A stretch of DNA of 64,000 nucleotides, taken from IMG/VR virus record IMGVR_UViG_3300028394_000074, positions 1 through 64,000 of that record; one strand, 5' to 3'. Positions 57,379 to 64,000 of this stretch are shown piece by piece. The position numbers and the translations under genes were made by a program. This DNA comes from an uncultured virus (IMG/VR IMGVR_UViG_3300028394_000074). Lineage: Duplodnaviria > Heunggongvirae > Uroviricota > Caudoviricetes. The stretch's first letter is position 1. Each line of letters opens with the position of its first letter. Below the pieces are notes generated by a model. The model saw only the letters and a program-made list of their open reading frames with translations. It was not told the origin of the DNA and made no database searches.

Positions 57379-58442
57379 CTTGTGTAATAACTTATGTTAG
57401 GCTGAAAGTAAATAGGCGACTTATCACGTTCTTCATCACTAGCTTGCAAAAATAATTTATCCGCTTGTTGTTCTAAATACGCAACACGCGCAAGATCGGT
57501 GTTCGGTAATTGCATAGACAATTTATGCGATAACGAGGCTTGAACAGAAGCAATCCAGCGATTAGGAATGTACAGCTCATTTGTTAATGAGCCAACATCT
57601 TGCATTTGCTTTTCAATCAACAATTGAAACATTTGAAAGTCGTTGTTTGGCACGGGCCATAGATACATCTTAGGCTCGATCTGACGATCGTACCAATACT
57701 GCAGTGAGCGTTGGCTTGGGAATTGTTTGTTTGGGAGATTCCAGTAATCGTCTTTGTTTAAGCGAGCCAAAGGAATAACTTGCTGGCTGGTTGAAAAAAC
57801 GATTTGACGTACTGAAAAGGTTGTTGCTACTGTCTCTCTAAGACGGTAGAATGTGTTGACTGGAGTAATAGATAGAGGAAAATAAGCCCATTCTCTGTCT
57901 GATAAGGTGGTCTCTGGAAGCTGCAGTACTGTAGTCCAAGTAATTCCATCGGTACTGGTTTCGTATGCAAAGTTGTAGGTCTGCGTACCACCGCCAGTAG
58001 CGTAGCCATTAAAGCCGATGTAGTATACGCTTTGACCGCCTTGATAGTATAAACCAAACCAGTTCTCAAGTGCAGTAGAAGTAGAAACAATGTCTAAGTT
58101 CTGAGCAAATACTGCAGGGGAGTCTGGATTAGCAACTGGCAGATATTCGTCAGCTTCTGAGTTGATGATATAGACCCAATTGGCTTCACGCACATCAATT
58201 GTAGTAGCTGGAAGGTTAAGATATTGTTGTGCTGTTACAGCACCAACCAATTTGTTTTCCAACAGCCAAAGGTTTACGCCTAAATTAGATAAATTTTGAA
58301 GATTGTAAAAAAGAGCTTGTTTACCCGCATTGATATATTCAGGCGTGATTTCTTCTGCTATTCTACCAGCATCACGATATGCATAAGAAATAAGTTGGTC
58401 AACATTGATTTTTGTGTCGCCAGTGGTGCCTGAATAAGCCAT
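57375..58442 (-). CDS. Head-tail connector/adaptor protein
   Basis: NLGVNLW, Y.NLPNK, LWPVP, EERDK motifs. Confidence 0.65.
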   Translation of the reverse strand: MAYSGTTGDTKINVDQLISYAYRDAGRIAEEITPEYINAGKQALFYNLQNLSNLGVNLWLLENKLVGAVTAQQYLNLPATTIDVREANWVYIINSEADEYLPVANPDSPAVFAQNLDIVSTSTALENWFGLYYQGGQSVYYIGFNGYATGGGTQTYNFAYETSTDGITWTTVLQLPETTLSDREWAYFPLSITPVNTFYRLRETVATTFSVRQIVFSTSQQVIPLARLNKDDYWNLPNKQFPSQRSLQYWYDRQIEPKMYLWPVPNNDFQMFQLLIEKQMQDVGSLTNELYIPNRWIASVQASLSHKLSMQLPNTDLARVAYLEQQADKLFLQASDEERDKSPIYFQPNISYYTR

Positions 58443-58444
58443 TG

Positions 58445-58612
58445 TTAACGTCCTCTACCAGCGGTGCGTTTGGGCACTTTATTAGGTAATTTGTTTGATG
58501 ATGGACCCGCTTTTACAAACTCTTTGCCAACCTTTTTAGGAATGCCAAGAGTTGATTTACCAGCGGCGGCTGCGTACATAGCGCCCTTTTGAGCTTTAGA
58601 TTCGTATGGCAT
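58445..58612 (-). CDS. Small basic protein ([16 protein letters not shown]...)
   Basis: P..SKAQ..M.AAA...GIP.KV.KEF motif. Confidence 0.6.
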   Translation of the reverse strand: MPYESKAQKGAMYAAAAGKSTLGIPKKVGKEFVKAGPSSNKLPNKVPKRTAGRGR

Positions 58613-58806
58613 TAGCAGGCCTTTCCGCCTTTTCTCATGGCACGACCACCGCCACAAAGTTTTGAAAGATTAGTTTTTTTGCCTTCATGTGACTGTTTGT
58701 CGTGCATAGCAAAAGCTTTTTTAATGATCTTTTTGTCCTGTTTGATATCATCCATATCAACAGAACCGCCAGCTTTCATTTTAGGAAGACACTTAAAATC
58801 GTCCAT
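58612..58806 (-). CDS. Small basic virion protein with three xxGG motifs
   Basis: KMKAGG, LCGGG, MRKGG. Confidence 0.55.
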   Translation of the reverse strand: MDDFKCLPKMKAGGSVDMDDIKQDKKIIKKAFAMHDKQSHEGKKTNLSKLCGGGRAMRKGGKAC

Positions 58807-58831
58807 GGTATACCCTTTCAATTATCTATAT

Positions 58832-58863
58832 CTACTTATGCAAAAAAGGAGCAATTTATGCCC
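58832..58863 (-). promoter_or_regulatory. Phage late promoter GGGC-N17-TGCATAAGTAG (tail operon)
   Basis: Exact motif, 17-nt spacer; overlaps the endolysin stop codon. Confidence 0.8.
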
Positions 58864-59374
58864 CTAAAAACAACGCTCTTTCCCTTTGGCGGCGTTTAAC
58901 CAGTACTTCGGGTTTGTTCCACATGAGAATGGCATCTGCCGCACCTTTGTAGTCATTTTCGTTTAATTTACGAACCACAGTAGACTTCCTAAAGGCAGTC
59001 TCTCCAATATTGAAACAGAGGCTGTATAAGGCGTCAAATTGGTTCTGGGCTAGGGGTACCTTCACCGAAGTCTCTACGGCTTCGCTACACCACTTTAAAT
59101 CGCTTTTAAGTAGATCTTTAACTTCTTGATCTGATAGGGTTGCAGTAAGTAAATGCGGTTCAGAAGTTTTGATAAGATGGCCGACCCCGATTGTGAGTAA
59201 GCCTTTGGAGTCTTTATATGCTTTATTTTTAAACCCTTCTTCCTTAGTAATGAAAGATAGCGTGGATTCTGCGATTGCCATAATGTTCTCTTCAATATGG
59301 GTATATCGGTTTGTTAGGTGGATTGCCGCAAAGATACCAAGGCACCACAGCACTACAGCAATTAACTTTTTCAT
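58856..59374 (-). CDS. GH24 lysozyme endolysin with N-terminal hydrophobic (SAR-like) anchor
   Basis: EEG....AYKD..G..TIGVGH catalytic E-D-T; QNQFDAL.SL.FNIG; RR..E..LF. Confidence 0.88.
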   Translation of the reverse strand: MKKLIAVVLWCLGIFAAIHLTNRYTHIEENIMAIAESTLSFITKEEGFKNKAYKDSKGLLTIGVGHLIKTSEPHLLTATLSDQEVKDLLKSDLKWCSEAVETSVKVPLAQNQFDALYSLCFNIGETAFRKSTVVRKLNENDYKGAADAILMWNKPEVLVKRRQRERALFLGA

Positions 59375-59413
59375 TCGGGCTCCTTTTTGTGTAATATGTT
59401 ACACAATTTGGGG

Positions 59414-59824
59414 TCATTTACTTAATGTGTCGTATTGTTTGTAGCAAGCCTCTAGGCCGGCTCTTACTTCGTCTGCTCGGGCAGCTTCCCGTCTAAGAAA
59501 GATTGCATCCTCGGCGAAAAGGGTTGACCCAGTTCCACACGATCCAGAGCTGGCGCTTTCGGTACGACCGGGACGCTTACGCAGCTCGTTAACAGCATCA
59601 ACGAGCTTAGAGTTAATATCACGGATTTGAGCATTTTTGTAACTTTCTATTTGGGCGGCCTTGGCTTGGTAGTCTTTTTCAATTTGCGCTGTTTTGGTAG
59701 CCTGGTCTGCCTTATATTCCAAAAATCTATTATTGGCAAAACTAAAGCCAAGATACCAAGAAAAAGCCAGCACAGCCACACATAATCCCAGTTTGACATA
59801 TTGTACCAAGGTTAACGGAAACAT
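59414..59824 (-). CDS. Rz-like spanin
   Basis: N-terminal TM helix, coiled coil, EAARADE...L.AC..Y; next to the endolysin. Confidence 0.6.
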   Translation of the reverse strand: MFPLTLVQYVKLGLCVAVLAFSWYLGFSFANNRFLEYKADQATKTAQIEKDYQAKAAQIESYKNAQIRDINSKLVDAVNELRKRPGRTESASSGSCGTGSTLFAEDAIFLRREAARADEVRAGLEACYKQYDTLSK

Positions 59825-60012
59825 TATTTATCTAGGCCTTCGGTTGTGACAAATCGCAGCGTTGCCACGATAACGCCAACAAAAATCATTAGGCCGCCGT
59901 AGTACTTAGGATCAATAGTGGACTGCAGGTACTGTAGGTTGTCCATTAAGGCACCGAACACCACTAACGCCAAGGAGAACCAAAGTGTCTTGGATCTGCT
60001 CATGCGTTTCAT
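59824..60012 (-). CDS. Putative holin
   Basis: Two TM segments, SKTLWF...LRFVTT motif. Confidence 0.6.
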   Translation of the reverse strand: MKRMSRSKTLWFSLALVVFGALMDNLQYLQSTIDPKYYGGLMIFVGVIVATLRFVTTEGLDK

Positions 60013-60242
60013 CTGTCTGCCTTGTTGTCCAGTTTGTCCTCAATACGGTGAAGGGCTTTAAGCACCTCGTTCCAGCGGTCGTTGAAGTCGTCCTTAGAGA
60101 CGTATTTAGTTGGTAGTTCTTCCCGCAGCTTGGCGAGGTCGTCTTTGAGGTCTTGAACGGCTGTCCAGAGCTCCCTACAAAACCAGCCTAGAATAGCGCA
60201 AGCGGTTGGCAGGATAAAGTTAATGAGTGATTGAAAGTCCAT
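60009..60242 (-). CDS. Membrane-anchored coiled-coil lysis-module protein
   Basis: N-terminal TM, YVSKDDF...RIEDKLD.KAD. Confidence 0.55.
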   Translation of the reverse strand: MDFQSLINFILPTACAILGWFCRELWTAVQDLKDDLAKLREELPTKYVSKDDFNDRWNEVLKALHRIEDKLDNKADR

Positions 60243-60526
60243 TATGTTGTAGGTATTGCTGGTTTAGGTTGATTGGTTATAACTGCTGTGCCATTCCAAG
60301 TAAATCCAATACTGCCAGATCCTAGGGACTCTACTAAAATGTAGTCAGTAATTACACCATCAACAATTACAGCTTGCCAAATCATCGCTGGAGTTGTTGA
60401 CTGCACTAAAGCAATAGAATTTGCTGGTGGTGTCCATATACTTGTATCGCCATTCCAAACTACAACGTTTGTAACAATGTTACTTTCAATAATTAAATAA
60501 TTTTGATTTATAAATTCTTGTACCAT
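60242..60526 (-). CDS. Fibre-associated small protein
   Basis: VTNVVVW.G...W.P, IGFTWNG; follows the Gly-rich fibre tip gene. Confidence 0.5.
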   Translation of the reverse strand: MVQEFINQNYLIIESNIVTNVVVWNGDTSIWTPPANSIALVQSTTPAMIWQAVIVDGVITDYILVESLGSGSIGFTWNGTAVITNQPKPAIPTT

Positions 60527-60538
60527 ATTTTTTCTCCA

Positions 60539-61162
60539 TTACCATTCAATTAAAACGACACCATTTGTTCCAGCCGCACCGGCGGGAGAAAACCCACCAG
60601 CACCACCAGCACCAAAAGCAGGATGAATAGCATTAGCTCCAGACGTGCCGTTTGGACCATAATTATAATTAGAACCACCACCACCAGCCAAACCTTTATA
60701 TGGAAATCCGTTTTGTCCATTGCCACCAGAGCCACCAGCAGGTCCGTTATAGCCACCATAGCCACCACCTGCGCTAATAGTGGTAATGGATTGAGTTCCG
60801 GAAGAAACAGATGAAGTTCCTCCATCTCCCGCAGTTCCTCCAGTATCAAAAGGGCCACCCGCACCTCCAGATCCAATAGTTACAGATAATGTATTACCAG
60901 GAGTCAAACCTGTAAGATAAGAAATAGCCCCACAACCACCGCCACCACCGCCACCGAAATACGAATTACCGCTGCCGCCACCACCACCGCCGCCGCCAGC
61001 ACCACAAACTGTAATTTTAAGCGCTGTAATACCAGTGGGGATGGTAAATGTTCCACCAGAACCAAATCCTTGCCCACGACCACCAACATACGGTCCACCT
61101 GCAGTAGATTGTGTTGTTGAATCTGGAAAAGTGATATTTGAACCGCCGACTGTAATTGTCAT
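60539..61162 (-). CDS. Glycine-rich fibre tip/adhesin
   Basis: FT.PTG.T.LK.T..GAGGGGG...G.GG.GG...GVVLIEW glycine-rich domain. Confidence 0.65.
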   Translation of the reverse strand: MTITVGGSNITFPDSTTQSTAGGPYVGGRGQGFGSGGTFTIPTGITALKITVCGAGGGGGGGGSGNSYFGGGGGGGCGAISYLTGLTPGNTLSVTIGSGGAGGPFDTGGTAGDGGTSSVSSGTQSITTISAGGGYGGYNGPAGGSGGNGQNGFPYKGLAGGGGSNYNYGPNGTSGANAIHPAFGAGGAGGFSPAGAAGTNGVVLIEW

Positions 61163-61179
61163 AAATTAACTCCTAAAAA

Positions 61180-62814
61180 TTAAGGTGTTCCACCAGCAGT
61201 TTCACTGCCAAGTGTAATAAAGTTGCCAGAAGAATCTAATGATGCAATGTTAGTAGCTCCATATTTAAATATTAGCTTACCACCAGATTCAGTAATAGAA
61301 AAGTTGGTTGTGTTGTAATTTGTTGCAATGACTGTAGTTGCGCTAACAGAACCATTAACCAACAAATTACCAGCGCCTGCGCTAGATGCTGTTCCAATTG
61401 AAACACCGCCGCCACTAGTCAAGCGCATTCCCTCGGTGCCATTTGCTTTGAAAATCAACGGAGCGGCTACGTCGGTACCAAACACGAATATAATGTTGGA
61501 TGCGTCGTAGTAGCCCTGCGCTCTTACCGTGCCGTTGTTGTACCAGCTCATTGTGGTGTACTGTGAGCCGTCGTTGTCAATAATTGCGTTATTGGAGTTG
61601 CCACCACGGACGTGCAATGTTGCTACTGGGGTGGCAATGCCGACACCTAGACGAACGTTGGTTGTGCTCCAGTTAAATAACGAGCTTGTGCTTAGCGCCG
61701 TAGACGAACCACCAAACGGTATAAAGTTTGCAGAAATGGTATTTATGCCAGTGCCACCATGGCCAACTTGCAGTGGATCTGGTAGTGATGTAAACGAAGA
61801 GCCGTCTGTTGTGACAATTCCTGCAATAGGATAAGTTATAACGCCAGAATATCCACTAAAACCAGAACGACCACTATATCCAGAAACACCAGAGCCGGAA
61901 TAGCCAGAGATACCGGAATAGCCAGAGATACCTGATATTCCATTAAATCCACTAAAACCAGAAGTTCCAACTGCGCCGCTATAACCAGAGATACCAGACG
62001 CACCACTATAGCCAGAGATACCAGAGCCACTGTAGCCAGATAAACCAGCGCCGCTGTAACCAGAGATACCACTGTAGCCAGAGATACCAGATGCACCATT
62101 AGTTCCGGAGTAGCCACTAAATCCTGATACCCCGTTAGTTCCGGAGTATCCACTTATCCCCGAGTATCCACTGGCAGCCGCTGCGCCAGCGGCACCGCTA
62201 TATCCACTAAATCCTGAAATGCCAGATCCTGAATAACCCGAAATACCAGAGCCAGAGTATCCGCTGTATCCTGACGCGCCGTTGCTACCAATTGTTCCAT
62301 TGGTTCCGCTAAATCCGCTATATCCTGATGCGCCATTAGTGCCACTGTATCCGGATGTTCCGTTTATGCCACTATAGCCGGAAATACCACTGTAGCCGGA
62401 CGTACCGTTAACACCAATCGTTCCGTTAGTTCCGCTAAAACCAGAGATACCACTGTAGCCAGAGATACCACTGTAGCCAGATATACCACTAAAGCCACTG
62501 TAGCCACTAATGCCACTAAAACCACTGTAGCCAGAGAATCCGCTGTAGCCAGAGATACCACTAAATCCACTGTAGCCACTAATGCCAGATCCGCTGTATC
62601 CTGAAATACCAGAGAAGCCACTAAATCCACTAATGCCGCTGTAGCCAGAAATACCAGCTAATAAGGTAACTACACCAGAGCTATTTTTATAATACAGCTT
62701 TCCATCGGCTGTATTAATTGCCAACTCACCTGCGACCAAATTTGCCGCCAAGGGCACATTAGTTGCAGTGCTGCTGTAGTAAAGCTGTATTGGTGTAAAA
62801 CCGGATGCGGCCAT
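61180..62814 (-). CDS. SGYSG-repeat tail fibre
   Basis: GELAINTADGKLYYK N-terminus, SG-X repeats, RLGVG..TP.ATLHV and E.MRL...G.V.IGT fibre repeats. Confidence 0.75.
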   Translation of the reverse strand: MAASGFTPIQLYYSSTATNVPLAANLVAGELAINTADGKLYYKNSSGVVTLLAGISGYSGISGFSGFSGISGYSGSGISGYSGFSGISGYSGFSGYSGFSGISGYSGFSGISGYSGISGYSGISGFSGTNGTIGVNGTSGYSGISGYSGINGTSGYSGTNGASGYSGFSGTNGTIGSNGASGYSGYSGSGISGYSGSGISGFSGYSGAAGAAAASGYSGISGYSGTNGVSGFSGYSGTNGASGISGYSGISGYSGAGLSGYSGSGISGYSGASGISGYSGAVGTSGFSGFNGISGISGYSGISGYSGSGVSGYSGRSGFSGYSGVITYPIAGIVTTDGSSFTSLPDPLQVGHGGTGINTISANFIPFGGSSTALSTSSLFNWSTTNVRLGVGIATPVATLHVRGGNSNNAIIDNDGSQYTTMSWYNNGTVRAQGYYDASNIIFVFGTDVAAPLIFKANGTEGMRLTSGGGVSIGTASSAGAGNLLVNGSVSATTVIATNYNTTNFSITESGGKLIFKYGATNIASLDSSGNFITLGSETAGGTP

Positions 62815-62817
62815 TTT

Positions 62818-63252
62818 TTATTCCTTAAGATGTTCTAAAACGATCTTGGGTTTGACAAATCGTTCGTTCTGGTGGTCAACAAATTCCCACCAGAGAAATT
62901 GGTTTTCTGCTAAATGTTTTCTATCGGCTAGTAGGTTAATGTTTTCTGGGTGTCCGTATATTAATGGATCAGATACTCCCCACAACACAATTCCTTTTTT
63001 GCCTTCGTCCCATCCCAGGTGTTGAAAAAAGCTGTCACAAGAGATCCAGGTACGGCATTCTTGAATTAGCTTACGCAATTCTGTAATGGGTAAATTCTTT
63101 CTAAAGTCGGAAACTAACTGCTCTTCTCCCTCAATTCCAACCTGGACAATTGGCTCGTCAATCATTGCGATCAACTCTTTCCAGTACGGATAATTCTTTG
63201 GGTTTTGCTTACCGCTAAGTAATGCTTTGGAGTATGGTGAAATAATAATCAT
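62818..63252 (-). CDS. GT9 (heptosyltransferase-like) C-terminal domain
   Basis: KNYPYWKELI, IVQVG, ISCDSFFQHL, GIVLWG. Confidence 0.65.
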   Translation of the reverse strand: MIIISPYSKALLSGKQNPKNYPYWKELIAMIDEPIVQVGIEGEEQLVSDFRKNLPITELRKLIQECRTWISCDSFFQHLGWDEGKKGIVLWGVSDPLIYGHPENINLLADRKHLAENQFLWWEFVDHQNERFVKPKIVLEHLKE

Positions 63253-64000
63253 AGGTACAGCTTTCTGTACGCATTCTCTAAACTATCTTTCCACTTCCAC
63301 TGGTCCATCTTTTTATAGACGTTCCAGTGATCTATGTCACCAAATAGGTGTTGTGCCTCTGCTATCGACTTCCCGGGAACCACTTCAGGGTAACAAGTAA
63401 ACACTTCAGCATTAGGTATTGAAGGAAGTACATGGCTGAATACAAGATGGTCACCAAGACCACAATTAAGCACCACAATGGTACGATCACGATATTGTAA
63501 AATATTTCTAAAAATCTGTTCATCATGTTCATACATTTCCTTCTTTGTTTCGCTGCGAATTCCACCCTCGGGATTCTTCATGTGCCACGTTACTGCGTTG
63601 GGTACCGCTAAAATTTGGTAGCCTTTTTGTTTAAGGCCATAAGTAAACAACGTCTCTTCCCGATGTGCTACCCGTGAAAGACCCAAATTAAAATCGCACA
63701 CGCCAGCACGATATAAGAAAGTGCAGTGTAAATGTTCAACTTGCTTTTCCTCTTTTATAACACCCCATTGGATGTTTGGTTCGGAGTCGATGTTATTAAT
63801 TAGTCCAGTAACTTTTGAGGTGTCTGGCATATACGGTGGGGTTAATACTGAACCACCCACTGCACCAACACAGTCTTCAGTGTAATAGTAAAGCATTTCT
63901 AATACATTAGGCTCTGGTATAGCATCGTCGTCAACGCGCCACACCCAATCATAACCCATCATATTGGCACGTTGGTGAATGTGGTGCTGACCTTTTTTGT
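63249..64000 (-). CDS. GT2-like glycosyltransferase fused to a GT9 N-terminal lobe (5' end off window)
   Basis: WVWRVDDDA DxD motif, HREET, then VVLNCGLGDHL; frame open to the window end. Confidence 0.7.
   Translation of the reverse strand, partial: KKGQHHIHQRANMMGYDWVWRVDDDAIPEPNVLEMLYYYTEDCVGAVGGSVLTPPYMPDTSKVTGLINNIDSEPNIQWGVIKEEKQVEHLHCTFLYRAGVCDFNLGLSRVAHREETLFTYGLKQKGYQILAVPNAVTWHMKNPEGGIRSETKKEMYEHDEQIFRNILQYRDRTIVVLNCGLGDHLVFSHVLPSIPNAEVFTCYPEVVPGKSIAEAQHLFGDIDHWNVYKKMDQWKWKDSLENAYRKLYL

Noticed and set aside
60242..62814. Diversity-generating retroelement or invertible fibre cassette
   Set aside because: No reverse transcriptase, recombinase or TR/VR pair visible in the window
1..64000. 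Prophage or temperate lifestyle
   Set aside because: No integrase, repressor, att site or flanking host genes seen, though part of the genome is outside the window

Overview
The window holds most of a lytic, podovirus-like dsDNA tailed-phage genome. It appears circularly permuted, since SGYSG-repeat fibre genes and glycosyltransferases run off both ends. The host is probably a Gram-negative bacterium, with a betaproteobacterium suggested only by motif resemblance. The minus strand at 1-16.1 kb encodes fibres, capsid, scaffold, GroES, portal, TerL and a free-standing degenerate intein. At 16.1-24 kb there is a non-coding control region with an origin-like palindrome and arrays of repeated operator-like sites, followed by small early genes. 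The plus strand at 24-42.7 kb encodes a truncated sigma factor, a C5 methyltransferase with an overprinted second subunit, primase-helicase, SNF2 helicase, TerS, exonuclease, SSB, NrdJ and PolA. The minus strand at 42.7-64 kb encodes internal virion, tail, lysis, fibre and glycosyltransferase genes. The main lead is a candidate split sigma factor: a sigma2-3 gene and a distant stand-alone sigma4-like gene. It is matched by two promoter classes, GGGC-N17-TGCATAAGTAG before virion and packaging genes and the -10 element alone before replication operons. Other leads are a recurring 'xAxGG' tag in internal virion proteins, twin inverted origin-like elements, several structured RNAs and likely glycosylated Ser-Gly fibres. 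All calls come from motif recognition by eye, with no database searches run.
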